Shown piece after piece: positions 21,496-31,541 of a stretch of 64,000 nt of DNA; position 1 is the first letter of the stretch; the number at the start of each line of letters is the position of its first letter. The position numbers were made by a program, and so were the translations under genes. The notes beneath the pieces are model-generated. The model did no database searches and had not been told where the DNA came from. It saw only the letters and a list, made by a program, of their open reading frames with translations. The stretch is taken from NCBI GenBank assembly GCA_965222155.1, contig CBDCTH010000012.1, positions 2,016,001 to 2,080,000 of the forward strand, given 5' to 3'. This DNA is from Gammaproteobacteria bacterium (GTDB taxonomy: Bacteria > Pseudomonadota > Gammaproteobacteria > Eutrophobiales > Eutrophobiaceae).

Positions 21496-22679
21496 ATCTG
21501 GCACAGCATTTCACGCCGCATCCTCACGCAAGTTTGCTGGTTCAGGAAATGTATCCATTTACCGGCAGCAACAAGGATATAAGTGGGGTTGATCTCGGTG
21601 CGGGGAGTGGCGCACTCCTGTATTCAGCGACCCAAACATGGAAAAAAGCCAGTTTTTTTGGTGTGGATGTTTCCCGGTCTTTATTGAAAACCATAAAACA
21701 ACATTTTCCTTCGGTACAATTCCGTTGCCTGGATTTGCTCAGTACAAGGTCGCTTAAATCAAGAATACTGACAGATTTGGCCGAGTCCCGTGATATTGCC
21801 GTTTGCAATCCGCCATTCCTGAACTACCGTAATGACAAATTTTTTCGTGATCTTTGTCGAACGGTTAATTTACAGGATTGCTGCAAGATGTCAGTCGTTA
21901 CCTCCGACGTCATTTTTCTGCTCCATAATTTACGCTTGCTGAAAAAAGGCGGCACTCTCGGAATCATATTACCCGATGGTTTAATCACGGGGAAGAAGTT
22001 CCAGATATTACGCCAAAGCCTGCTATACAACCATCGGATTGAAGCAGTCATTCAATTACCTGACAATTCGTTCCCTGGAATTGAGGTCAGGACGCACATT
22101 TTAATCTTGCGTAAAGACATGACGCCTGCCGTAAGCGTAAAGGTAATGCAGGCAGGTACCGGTAGCATAAACGGGGAGTTGGAGGTTGAAGCTTCGGCGC
22201 TGGAACAACGAATGGACTACTCATACTGGCACTGGAAGTCGATCACAACAAATGCAAGGACTTTGACGTTGGCAGAGATTGGCGCAGACATTCATCGCGG
22301 TACAAGACCTCGGACATTTTTTGAGAATTCAGGGATCGACTGTGTCCATACCACTGGGTTACCTACAGCCGCCAAGCGTATCAATTTGCGGAGATCAACG
22401 TCCTTGGGATTCAGGATGGCGGAAACACAAGATATATTAACTGCCAGGGTCGGAAAACGTTGTATCGGTAGAGTAATGCTTGTGAATAAAGGGAACCTGC
22501 CAATAACTGACTGCATTTATCGTGTCCGCGTACCAAAACGTTGGATCAACGAAGTATGGCGCTCACTTATTTCTGACAGGGCGCGGGATTGGTTTTCAGC
22601 ACATTCTCACGGCGTTTGTGCGCAGGTAATAAGCAAATCAGATCTATTAAATTTTCCTATTGATTGTTGTGAGAACTGA
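21492..22679 (+). CDS. amino (N6-adenine/N4-cytosine) DNA methyltransferase with C-terminal TRD-like region (island gene 5)
   Basis: QHFTP, VDLGAGSG (motif I), CNPPF (motif IV), IILPDG; tail RMD..TLAEI..DILTARVG..LLNFPI; ATGA overlap with gene 4. Confidence 0.85.
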   Translation: MNLAQHFTPHPHASLLVQEMYPFTGSNKDISGVDLGAGSGALLYSATQTWKKASFFGVDVSRSLLKTIKQHFPSVQFRCLDLLSTRSLKSRILTDLAESRDIAVCNPPFLNYRNDKFFRDLCRTVNLQDCCKMSVVTSDVIFLLHNLRLLKKGGTLGIILPDGLITGKKFQILRQSLLYNHRIEAVIQLPDNSFPGIEVRTHILILRKDMTPAVSVKVMQAGTGSINGELEVEASALEQRMDYSYWHWKSITTNARTLTLAEIGADIHRGTRPRTFFENSGIDCVHTTGLPTAAKRINLRRSTSLGFRMAETQDILTARVGKRCIGRVMLVNKGNLPITDCIYRVRVPKRWINEVWRSLISDRARDWFSAHSHGVCAQVISKSDLLNFPIDCCEN

Positions 22680-22761
22680 TAGCCGTAGTCCGAACGTCTC
22701 GCGAGCAGTGATAATAGAGACGAAAATAGAGGTTGTAGATTACTTTTTCTAGTTTGCTGAT

Positions 22762-23709
22762 TCAGAAATGGGAATATCCCGCGCCCTCAGGGGTATATTC
22801 GGAGCCGTCGTTTCTCATATAGCGCAGTCTCTTCTCTGCCGTAATTGTGCCGATGCGGTATGCCGGGTGGCCGATGCGTTCCAATTCCTGCTGTTTTGCC
22901 GGCGGTACGGTAAAACACAACTCGTAATCATCGCCGCCGCTGAGTACGTAGCGCCACTTTTCCGCAGGCGGACACTCGTTCTCAAGGTATGGGTCGACCG
23001 GAATTGAATCAATATTGAGCACGGCGCCGACGCGGCCGGCATCAAGCAGGTGACCCAGGTCAGCAAGCAGTCCGTCCGAGATGTCGATCATAGCGCTTGC
23101 GATTCCTCGCAGGGAAACCCCTAATCCCACCCGTGGTGTGGGCCTGAGCAAGCGCTTGTGACAATCAGCTTGAGGAGTCCGGCCGGACTTGAGCAGCGCC
23201 AATGCAAAAGCCGCACTGCCTGATGGACCGCTGACATAAATCAAATCATCCGCTTTTACGCCATCCCGCCGCACTTCCCGGCCTTTCGGACACTCCCCGA
23301 TGACCTGGATTGTCACTGAAAGGGGCCCTTTACAGAGATCCCCGCCGACCAGTGAAACCTCGTATTGCCCGGCCAGTTCCGCCAGGCCGCAGGCGAACCC
23401 GTCCAACCAGGCATGGGTCATCTGGTCCTCCGACAGGGTCAGTGCCAGGGTAATCCAGCGCGGCATGGCAGCCATAGCGGCCATATCGCTGAGGTTTACG
23501 GCCAGCGCCTTGTAGCCGATATCGGCAGGGTCCGCATCGGGAAAAAAATGGACGCCGGAAACCAGGCTGTCGGTTGTGGCGACAAGGTGAGAGGCCGCAT
23601 CAACGGCTAAAACCGCCGCATCATCACCCACACCGAGCACGACCCCGCTCCCCCCGGGGGTCAATCCGGCAAAATACTTTTCGATGGCGCCAAATTCAGT
23701 TAATGACAT
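22762..23709 (-). CDS. thiL: thiamine-monophosphate kinase
   Basis: GVGDDAA, VNLSDMAAM, DISDGL, GGDDYELCF. Confidence 0.96.
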   Translation of the reverse strand: MSLTEFGAIEKYFAGLTPGGSGVVLGVGDDAAVLAVDAASHLVATTDSLVSGVHFFPDADPADIGYKALAVNLSDMAAMAAMPRWITLALTLSEDQMTHAWLDGFACGLAELAGQYEVSLVGGDLCKGPLSVTIQVIGECPKGREVRRDGVKADDLIYVSGPSGSAAFALALLKSGRTPQADCHKRLLRPTPRVGLGVSLRGIASAMIDISDGLLADLGHLLDAGRVGAVLNIDSIPVDPYLENECPPAEKWRYVLSGGDDYELCFTVPPAKQQELERIGHPAYRIGTITAEKRLRYMRNDGSEYTPEGAGYSHF

Positions 23710-23787
23710 TACGCCGCAGCGGATTATCCCACTGCTCCATGACTGTTATTTCTCAATGGCCGGCGATAAGACATTTTCAAAACCAGT

Positions 23788-24243
23788 TCAATTACCAGCC
23801 TTCGAACGAAGCTGTTGCGCGGCATGATCCAATACCCCGTTGATATATTTGTAGGAATCCTCCGCACCGAATACTTTTGCCAATTCAACAGACTCATTCA
23901 ATACCACGCGCCAAGGTAATGCAGGCTGATATTTGAGTTCATACATGCCCAGGTGCAGTACGGCCCTGGTGACCGGGTCCAGTTTATCCAGGGTCCGATC
24001 CAGAAAAGGTGTCAGGGCATCACTGATCGCGGCTGAATTACTGGCGCTTCCAGTCAGGATAGCGCGGAAATATTCCCCATCGGCCTTCTTCAACTCTTTT
24101 CTTTCATGCTCAAATTCAGTGATGATTTCACTCATCGGACGTCCGGTTAAAAACCACTGGTACAGTGCCTGCACGGCAGAGCGCCTGGCCCGCACTCGTG
24201 CGCGCATGGAGCGGCCGTTATTATCTGCGTTTATCTGCGTCAT
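23788..24243 (-). CDS. nusB: transcription antitermination factor NusB
   Basis: RARRSAVQALYQ, ELAKVFGAEDSYKYINGVLD. Confidence 0.96.
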   Translation of the reverse strand: MTQINADNNGRSMRARVRARRSAVQALYQWFLTGRPMSEIITEFEHERKELKKADGEYFRAILTGSASNSAAISDALTPFLDRTLDKLDPVTRAVLHLGMYELKYQPALPWRVVLNESVELAKVFGAEDSYKYINGVLDHAAQQLRSKAGN

Positions 24244-24258
24244 GTGCGGATTGATCTT

Positions 24259-25350
24259 TCAATAACTCGGCTTGAATACAAAACGCCAGTCCTCATCAAA
24301 CCGACGAAAGTCCACCAGATCCATTTTATAGCGGTCGTTCATATCGGTGATGACGGGAGTATCCATCATATCAACGGCAGCCGCGCCCAGTATGATCGGA
24401 GCCTGGTATACTACAAGTTCATCAATCAGGCCTTGGGCCAGCATAACACCGGACAACTTCGCTCCCGCTTCCACCAGCAACTCGTTCACCTCATAAGTCA
24501 GCGCCAACTCCCGCAAGACGGCATCCAGAAAATCGTCCTCATCCTCATCAACAGGCTGAACGCGCGCGCCGGCGCGTTCAAGGATTTGCCGGATTTGCTC
24601 ATCCCTGTTCCTGGTGAACAGGATAGTTGTCCCGTCCACGGCAAGCATTTTTGCGCCGGCAGGGAATCTCAGGTCCCTGTCGAGCACTATCCTGAGAGGT
24701 TGCCTGCCCCTGGTATCCACATCCCTGACATTCAAGCGCGGGTCATCAGCCAATACGGTATTGATACCGGTCATGACGGCAGAGCTTGCCGCTCTCAACT
24801 CCTGCACGTCCAGCCTGGAAGCTGTGCCGGTTATCCACCGGCTTACCCCCCCGGCTAATGCCGTTTTCCCGTCAAGACTGACGGCTGATTTACAGCGGAC
24901 ATAAGGCCGCCCCCGTGTCATCCTGGAAATGAACCCCTTGTTCAGTTCGTTTGCTTGTTCCGCCATTAAGCCGGTTTCCACACCGATGCCGGCATTTTTT
25001 AACGCCTTTATTCCCGCAACTTGCGGATTCGGGTCCGGCGCGGCTATCACGACCCGGCTTATTCCTGCCCTGATAAGCGCTTCCGTACAAGGCGGTGTTC
25101 GTCCGTGATGGGAACAGGGCTCGAGTGAGACGTAGGCAGTGGCGCCGCGCAGGTCACAGGAAGCATCATTCAACGCGTTGATCTCCGCATGAGGCTCGCC
25201 GGCTTTCAGATGCCAGCCTGTCCCCATAACTCGCTCATCCTTTGTTATGACACAACCCACTCGGGGGTTGGGGTGGGTGGTAAACCGACCCAGTTGCGCC
25301 AGCTCCAGGGCACGCGACATACAGGCGGAATCAACTGCCGTCCACCTCAC
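24259..25350 (-). CDS. ribD: riboflavin biosynthesis deaminase/reductase
   Basis: PNPRVGC, HAE, LEPCSHHGRTPPC, SLDG. Confidence 0.96.
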   Translation of the reverse strand: MRWTAVDSACMSRALELAQLGRFTTHPNPRVGCVITKDERVMGTGWHLKAGEPHAEINALNDASCDLRGATAYVSLEPCSHHGRTPPCTEALIRAGISRVVIAAPDPNPQVAGIKALKNAGIGVETGLMAEQANELNKGFISRMTRGRPYVRCKSAVSLDGKTALAGGVSRWITGTASRLDVQELRAASSAVMTGINTVLADDPRLNVRDVDTRGRQPLRIVLDRDLRFPAGAKMLAVDGTTILFTRNRDEQIRQILERAGARVQPVDEDEDDFLDAVLRELALTYEVNELLVEAGAKLSGVMLAQGLIDELVVYQAPIILGAAAVDMMDTPVITDMNDRYKMDLVDFRRFDEDWRFVFKPSY

Positions 25351-25351
25351 T

Positions 25352-25858
25352 TCAATTGTTTCTCTCGTTCAGCAGGTCCAGTTGCGCATCTTTCAGCTCA
25401 GGAGGCACTTCGTCCTCAAGCTTCTCTATCTCTTCCAAAAATGCCCTGACGTCGGCAAAACTATGATACACGGAAGCAAATCGGAGATAGGCCACCTGGT
25501 CCACAGTCCGTAATTCTTCCATGACCAGGTCCCCTAATTTTCTTGACTTTACTTCCCTCACACCCAGAGAGCGCAGCTTATGTTTGAGGCGGGCAATGGC
25601 ATTTTCCACCTTTTCCATTGCAACCGGCCTTTTTTCAAGGGCGCGCAAAATGCCGGAACGCAGTTTATCCTCAATGAATCGTTCACGCCGGTCATCGGAT
25701 TTGATAATCCTGGGGTAACTGAACTCGGCTGCCTCATAAGTGGTATAACGTTCTTTGCATTCCAGGCATTCACGTCGACGCCTGACCTGATCCCCCTCGT
25801 CGGTCAACCTGGAATCGACGACCCTCGTATCCTCAAATGAGCAGAATGGGCAACGCAT
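25352..25858 (-). CDS. nrdR: transcriptional repressor NrdR
   Basis: [22 protein letters not shown]. Confidence 0.98.
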   Translation of the reverse strand: MRCPFCSFEDTRVVDSRLTDEGDQVRRRRECLECKERYTTYEAAEFSYPRIIKSDDRRERFIEDKLRSGILRALEKRPVAMEKVENAIARLKHKLRSLGVREVKSRKLGDLVMEELRTVDQVAYLRFASVYHSFADVRAFLEEIEKLEDEVPPELKDAQLDLLNERNN

Positions 25859-25880
25859 AATTGCAATTATACGTTAAATA

Positions 25881-25948
25881 AGGGGACAGATTTAAATCTG
25901 TCCCCTGCATGGGCAGATATGTCAGGGAAAGATATAAATCTGTTCCTG
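25881..25948. repeat. REP-like palindrome plus degenerate second copy
   Basis: AGGGGACAGATTTAAATCTGTCCCCT and CAGGGAAAGATATAAATCTGTTCCTG. Confidence 0.75.
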
Positions 25949-25966
25949 CATCGGCACGGTCACTTA

Positions 25967-27232
25967 TTATCCGTTACTTGCTTCATACATCGGAAAACGT
26001 CCGCATAAAGCCTTCACTTCGCCTTTAATCTTCTCGACCAATGCATCATTACCCATATTATCTATCACTTCACAAATCCAGGAGGCAACCTGGGAGGCCT
26101 CTGCTTGCTTGAAGCCGCGGGTAGTAATCGACGGGGTGCCGATACGTATCCCGCTGGTTACGAAAGGCGATTGCGGGTCGTTGGGCACAGCGTTTTTATT
26201 TACCGTAATGTTGGCCCGGTCCAGGGCCGCGTCCAGGTCTTTACCCGTTATGCCTTTGTTCACCAGGTTGACCAGGAACAGGTGGTTGTCAGTCCCACCG
26301 GAAACAACGTCAACGCCCCGTTGAATAAAGACCTCTGCCATGGTACGCGCATTGTTTATAACCTGGTGCTGGTAGACCTTGAATTCCGGTTCCATGGCCT
26401 CCTTGAAAGCAACCGCTTTTGCGGCAATCACATGCATCAACGGCCCGCCCTGATAGGATGGAAAAACCGTAAAATTCAGCTTTTTTTCGATTTCAGGGTT
26501 GGCTTTAGCCAGGATCAGACCGGAACGGGGACCGCGCAAGGTCTTATGAGTGGTCGTTGTCGTCACGTCCGCTATTTGGACCGGGCTGGGGTACGTTCCG
26601 GTGGCGATCAACCCGGCCACATGGGCGATGTCGGCTACCAGGTATGCGCCTGTTTTATCCGCAATATCCCTGAATCTCTGCCAGTCCAGTCTGCGCGAAT
26701 AGGCGGAGAAACCGGTCATGATGAGCCGTGGTTTATGTTCCAGGGCGAGCTGTTCCGCAGCGTCGTAATCAATTTCGCCGGTATCCGCGTTCAGCCCGTA
26801 CTGTACCGCCTTATATAATCTTCCCGAGACGCTGACCGATGCCCCATGAGTCAGGTGACCACCGTGAGCAAGACTCATTCCCATAATCGTATCGCCCGGT
26901 TGGCACAGCGCAAGATACACCGCGCCGTTTGCCTGGGAACCCGAATGGGGTTGAACATTGGCGTAATCCGCGCCGAACAACTGTTTGGCGCGATCGATGG
27001 CAAGTTGTTCAACAACGTCGACATATTCACAGCCGCCGTAGTAACGTTTACCCGGATAGCCTTCGGCATATTTATTGGTCAGCACCGAACCCTGCGCCTC
27101 CAGCACCCTGGGGCTGACGTTGTTTTCCGACGCTATCAACTCAATATGCTCTTCCTGCCGGGTCTTCTCCCCCTGCATGGCCTGGTAGAGCACATCATCG
27201 TACTCCGCAATTTTCATGTCTCTACTGAACAT
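25967..27232 (-). CDS. glyA: serine hydroxymethyltransferase
   Basis: [32 protein letters not shown]. Confidence 0.99.
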   Translation of the reverse strand: MFSRDMKIAEYDDVLYQAMQGEKTRQEEHIELIASENNVSPRVLEAQGSVLTNKYAEGYPGKRYYGGCEYVDVVEQLAIDRAKQLFGADYANVQPHSGSQANGAVYLALCQPGDTIMGMSLAHGGHLTHGASVSVSGRLYKAVQYGLNADTGEIDYDAAEQLALEHKPRLIMTGFSAYSRRLDWQRFRDIADKTGAYLVADIAHVAGLIATGTYPSPVQIADVTTTTTHKTLRGPRSGLILAKANPEIEKKLNFTVFPSYQGGPLMHVIAAKAVAFKEAMEPEFKVYQHQVINNARTMAEVFIQRGVDVVSGGTDNHLFLVNLVNKGITGKDLDAALDRANITVNKNAVPNDPQSPFVTSGIRIGTPSITTRGFKQAEASQVASWICEVIDNMGNDALVEKIKGEVKALCGRFPMYEASNG

Positions 27233-27368
27233 AACTCACCTTTCAATTTACAAAATTGGTACGGTATCATAAAGCTGACAGATATATTTACATCCGGATT
27301 TTACAAAAAAGCCGGAGGCGCTGCATATCAGCGTATAATGGTGGATTAATCAACAATATAATCGTGTA

Positions 27369-28235
27369 ATGACAAATACGGATAATTCGGGGTCTCGATT
27401 CAATTCCCTGCTGGACAGACTGAAATTTATCATACCGTCCCCGCGCCCGAAGCAGGCTGCCTCTCTGATGCGCTGGCGGCGTAAAGGTGCGTCATCATAC
27501 ATCGAGAAAATCAAATATTCCAGGGATATCAGGTTGGATGACCTGCTTTTTCTGGACCGGCAAAAAACCGTTATGCGTTCGAACACCGAACAGTTCATCA
27601 ACAATTATCCCGCAAACAACGTCCTGTTGTGGGGTCCACGGGGTACGGGTAAATCATCCCTGGTCAAAGCCATATTCAGTGAGTACCGGGACCGGGGACT
27701 GCACCTGCTGGAAGTGACGCGGGACAACCTGATCGACCTGAACGAAATCTGTGATGCATTGAGCCATTTCACAGGCAGATTCATTATTTACTGTGATGAT
27801 TTATCTTTCGACGCGAATGATCCCAGTTACAAGTCTCTCAAGGTACTGTTGGACGGTTCGGTAAGCGATATTCCGGACAACATCCTGATCTACGCCACCT
27901 CGAACCGGCGTCACCTGATACCGGAATTCAGGTCTGAGAACCTTGAGGCAAAAATGCTTGACGGCGAGATTCACCATGGAGAAGCCGTGGAAGAGAAACT
28001 CTCGCTGTCGGAACGCTTCGGCATCTGGTTGTCGTTCCACCCGTTCAACCAGGAACAATACCTGCAGATTGCATTTCACTGGCTGGACAGGGCTGGTGTA
28101 AATATCGATGATCCCGAACAGGTCAGAGAAGCTGCATTGCAATGGGCGCTGGAAAAAGGCACGCGTAGCGGCAGAAGCGCAGCCCAATTCGCGCGCAACT
28201 GGGCCGGCATGACCTTACTGGCTGATAATGGTTGA
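27369..28235 (+). CDS. DUF815-type AAA ATPase
   Basis: NNVLLWGPRGTGKSS, FIIYCDDLSF, YATSNRRHL. Confidence 0.9.
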   Translation: MTNTDNSGSRFNSLLDRLKFIIPSPRPKQAASLMRWRRKGASSYIEKIKYSRDIRLDDLLFLDRQKTVMRSNTEQFINNYPANNVLLWGPRGTGKSSLVKAIFSEYRDRGLHLLEVTRDNLIDLNEICDALSHFTGRFIIYCDDLSFDANDPSYKSLKVLLDGSVSDIPDNILIYATSNRRHLIPEFRSENLEAKMLDGEIHHGEAVEEKLSLSERFGIWLSFHPFNQEQYLQIAFHWLDRAGVNIDDPEQVREAALQWALEKGTRSGRSAAQFARNWAGMTLLADNG

Positions 28236-28962
28236 GTTTGCAGTCATCGGCGGCACCGGTCTGACCAGCATCGATGCGGTGACAATCTTGTCCGAACAGG
28301 ATGTCGAGACTCCTTTCGGCGAGCCTTCAGGCAAACTGATATTCGGCAAACTGGCAGGAAGGGAAATCGTGTTTCTTCCACGTCATGGCCGCCGCTACGC
28401 CATCCCGCCCCACAAGATCAACTACAGGGCGAATATCCGGGCGCTCAAGGATTGCGGTTGCAGGAAAATCATCGCGATAAACGCGGTGGGCGGTATCACC
28501 GGGGCTATGCAGCCAGGCTGGCTGGTCATACCCGACCAGGTCATTGATTATACTCACTCAAGAAAAAACACTTATTTCGAGGATGACCTGGACAGGGCCG
28601 TCAATATAGATTTCAGTGATCCGTATTGCACAGACCTGCGGGATAAAATCATTGCTGCCGGCGCGGCCCTGGATCTTGATCTGGTAACGTACGGGACCAT
28701 GGGCGTTACCCAGGGACCCAGGCTTGAAACCGTTGCGGAGATTAACCGCCTGGAGAGGGACGGCTGCGATATTGTCGGCATGACGGGTATGCCGGAAGCC
28801 TGTCTCGCGCGCGAACTGGAACTGGACTATGCGACCCTTGCAGTAATCGCCAACCGGGGGGCAGGCAGGGGCGACCCTGTGATCACTATGGAGTCGATAG
28901 AAAAAAATCTGGCAGCTGGAATGGCCGGGGTATTGCGCTTGCTCACCGCGATAATTCAATGA
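28228..28962 (+). CDS. mtnP: S-methyl-5'-thioadenosine/thioinosine phosphorylase
   Basis: IGGTG, TPFGEPS, RHG, INYRANI, GPRLET, VGMT. Confidence 0.88.
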   Translation: MVEFAVIGGTGLTSIDAVTILSEQDVETPFGEPSGKLIFGKLAGREIVFLPRHGRRYAIPPHKINYRANIRALKDCGCRKIIAINAVGGITGAMQPGWLVIPDQVIDYTHSRKNTYFEDDLDRAVNIDFSDPYCTDLRDKIIAAGAALDLDLVTYGTMGVTQGPRLETVAEINRLERDGCDIVGMTGMPEACLARELELDYATLAVIANRGAGRGDPVITMESIEKNLAAGMAGVLRLLTAIIQ

Positions 28963-28978
28963 TTGTCGTTCCTGGCAA

Positions 28979-29764
28979 CTACGGGTTTTGGGGGCTGCTC
29001 CCGGTTTCAATCCGGCTGACCTGGATGACCAGGCCAAACAAGGGATGGTCAAAATAATGTAATTCGTTCAGTTTGACCCTTCTGCTCTCCGTCAGCCTCA
29101 CGTAGTCCGCCCATAGCCGGTCATAGCCGGCGGTTCCCTCCGGGGGGTCCAGGTCCGGTTGTTCCAGGAACTCTGGGAAATAGGCAAAATCCACATCAAG
29201 ATGCAGGTAACGCGATCTGCGCAGCCGGATGATGCCGTCATAAACCTTCACAGGCGGCGTATACTCCGGCCTATCCCATAGCTCACCCGGTTCCGCTTCA
29301 ACCTGTTCTGCGGGTTTCTCCTCAAACTGGGTATTGTCCAGGTGGATGGCTCTGATATCCCGTTTATCAAGTGCTGGTTGTTGCCATGCCACGTGGAGCA
29401 GAGGTCGATATTCCCTGGATAACCTCAGCACCCTGTTGACGCCGGCAAGCCGGTAATTGTCTTTTGACAAGGCCAGGTACGGCATCAAATCCGCCTCATC
29501 AGCGGGATTAATCGTTTCTCCCGGCACAGGCTCTGCCACGCCTGTGATCAATTCAATGGATTGATCACGTCCGGGCAATCCCGGGTTTTCATACCACCAT
29601 TCGTTGCCGGCATCAGGCTCTAGGTATTCAAACAGGACCACCTCCACCTGGTACCAGTCGGCTGGCGCAGGGGCGCTGAATCCCGCTAACAGACAATAAA
29701 ACAAGGCCGGCAGCAACCTGGGCCTGGTACGTGGGAACTGCGGAAAATTAATACCAATCAGCAT
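28979..29764 (-). CDS. CsiV-like peptidoglycan-binding protein
   Basis: WYQVEVVLF, LLHVAWQQP, ESRRVKLNELHYFDHPLFG; usually next to mfd. Confidence 0.8.
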   Translation of the reverse strand: MLIGINFPQFPRTRPRLLPALFYCLLAGFSAPAPADWYQVEVVLFEYLEPDAGNEWWYENPGLPGRDQSIELITGVAEPVPGETINPADEADLMPYLALSKDNYRLAGVNRVLRLSREYRPLLHVAWQQPALDKRDIRAIHLDNTQFEEKPAEQVEAEPGELWDRPEYTPPVKVYDGIIRLRRSRYLHLDVDFAYFPEFLEQPDLDPPEGTAGYDRLWADYVRLTESRRVKLNELHYFDHPLFGLVIQVSRIETGSSPQNP

Positions 29765-29852
29765 GTACCTTCAGGATATCTCAATCATCCTCTCAAATAT
29801 TTATTTATCGTAGCACAACCCGAAACAGCGGCTCCCGCTAATTTCACCTGGA

Positions 29853-29998
29853 GGGTTTTGGCAGCTATGTGTCCGTGACTAGCGCCAGAGCCTGCCCCTG
29901 CATGCCGTAAGCAGGGGGACGAGCGCGGGACGGGCCAGAGCCTGCATGTCGTAAGCAGGGGGATGGCCCTCGGAACGGACACATAGCTCCCAAAACCC
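29853..29998. mobile_element. GGGTTTTG-family MITE-like element with two nested inserts
   Basis: Aligns to the empty copy at 32838-32937 (reverse) except for 28- and 23-bp inserts. Confidence 0.8.
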
Positions 29999-30101
29999 GG
30001 TTGCCGAACCTGAAACTATACGTTGCCCTGCAAGCAATAATGCCCCTTATAATGTTAACCTTGTGAGATGACCCCATTAACGGCATAAAACTCCGTAACA
30101 T

Positions 30102-31523
30102 TTGATGAAAACTGACAAACTGGTCGCAGATATTCTCTTCAAGGGTGGCGCTATCGTCACGCTGGATAAACATAATCCCTACATCAGCAATGGCGCCATA
30201 GCCGTTGCCGGTAAGGAAATTGTCGCAATCGGATCCGCATCCGAGGTGATGGCCGAAATCGCCGCAGCGCGGCGTACTGTGGATTTTTCCGGCCTGACTA
30301 TGATGCCCGGTTTAATCGATGGGCATAATCATTTGTTTCAGCACCTCGGCAAGACGCTGGGGGACGGCCTGTCCCTGCTACCCTGGCTGGCGAAGTTCAT
30401 GATGCCGCTGGCGGCGGAGATCAACCGGGAGGACGCCATTCATGCGGTGCGCCTGGGTGCTTTAAACAGCGTACTGTGCGGAACCACTACCATAGTCGAC
30501 AACCATTACGCGCCGGTAGATGAAACAACCATTATCAGCGCAGCACAGGCGCTGGAACAAATCGGGGTGCGCGGCGTGGTTGCGCGCGGTATTTACGGCC
30601 GGATGGTGGAAGGCGGCAGGCGCATGAACAGCGACCCGCGCCTGTTCCGATACAGCAGTGCTGAAGAACTTGAAATCACTCGTAACTGCATCCGGGAAAA
30701 ACCTGCCGGTTCCCTGGTGGAGGTTTGGCCTGCGCCTGAAAACGTGGTCTACGTCGATCCGGATCTCATGCTTGCATGCCACGATCTGGCAACGGAATTT
30801 GACGTTTCCTGGCATTCACACTGTAGCGAATCCAGGTTTGAAGTGGATATTTTTACATCCATCTACAATATGAGGCCCGCCAGGTGGTTACATGAACAGG
30901 GAATTCTCGATGATCGTATCACGCTGGCACACGCTATCTGGCTCGATGAAGAAGAGATCGCCTTGCTGGGTGACGCAAACGCCAGTATCGTACATAACCC
31001 CGTGAGCAACCAGTACCTGGCTTCAGGTATCATCAAGCTCGGACCGCTGATGAACGCCGGCGCCAACGTCGCGTTAGGTTCGGACGGCGTCGCCGTTGCC
31101 GGAGAGAATATGTTCGAGGCCATGAAATCCGCTCAAATGTTGCAGCGTATGCGCGAACTGGACCCGGCGGCAACCAGTTCGGAACTGTTGCTGTGTCTGG
31201 CAACCCGGAATGGCGGCCGCATGCTCAGGAAAAATCTGGGCGTGTTAACGCAAGGCGCACTGGCGGACTTTATACTGGTTGATTTGAACGGCGTACATCA
31301 CCAACCCGGCAACAGGCCGGTATGCAATCTCACTTTTTCCACCCGCGGTTCGGATGTCAGGCATGTCGTGATTAACGGTGAAATCGTCGTCGAAAACGGC
31401 CGCTGTACCAGGGTGGACCAGGACAAGATCATTGCCGATGCGGTTCAGGCCTCGGGCAACCTGATCGAGCGTGCGGGATTACACAACCTGTGTGCAGATT
31501 GGATAGAACCCGATATTCATTGA
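30102..31523 (+). CDS. metal-dependent amidohydrolase (SsnA/AtzA/MTA-SAH deaminase-like)
   Basis: PGLIDGHNH, HSHCSE, LAHAIW, LGSDG. Confidence 0.9.
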   Translation: MMKTDKLVADILFKGGAIVTLDKHNPYISNGAIAVAGKEIVAIGSASEVMAEIAAARRTVDFSGLTMMPGLIDGHNHLFQHLGKTLGDGLSLLPWLAKFMMPLAAEINREDAIHAVRLGALNSVLCGTTTIVDNHYAPVDETTIISAAQALEQIGVRGVVARGIYGRMVEGGRRMNSDPRLFRYSSAEELEITRNCIREKPAGSLVEVWPAPENVVYVDPDLMLACHDLATEFDVSWHSHCSESRFEVDIFTSIYNMRPARWLHEQGILDDRITLAHAIWLDEEEIALLGDANASIVHNPVSNQYLASGIIKLGPLMNAGANVALGSDGVAVAGENMFEAMKSAQMLQRMRELDPAATSSELLLCLATRNGGRMLRKNLGVLTQGALADFILVDLNGVHHQPGNRPVCNLTFSTRGSDVRHVVINGEIVVENGRCTRVDQDKIIADAVQASGNLIERAGLHNLCADWIEPDIH

Positions 31524-31541
31524 TATGAGGCAGCGTTTTCC

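Larger units (their letters stand above)
15821..22761. mobile_element. AT-rich genomic island at the thiL 3' end, no integrase
   Basis: Bounded by duplicated thiL 3' ends; visibly lower GC than flanks; single operon. Confidence 0.8.

Noticed and set aside
15994-22679. Calling the island BREX, DISARM, type I/III RM or a partition locus
   Set aside because: No PglZ, helicase, HsdR/Res or ParB recognisable
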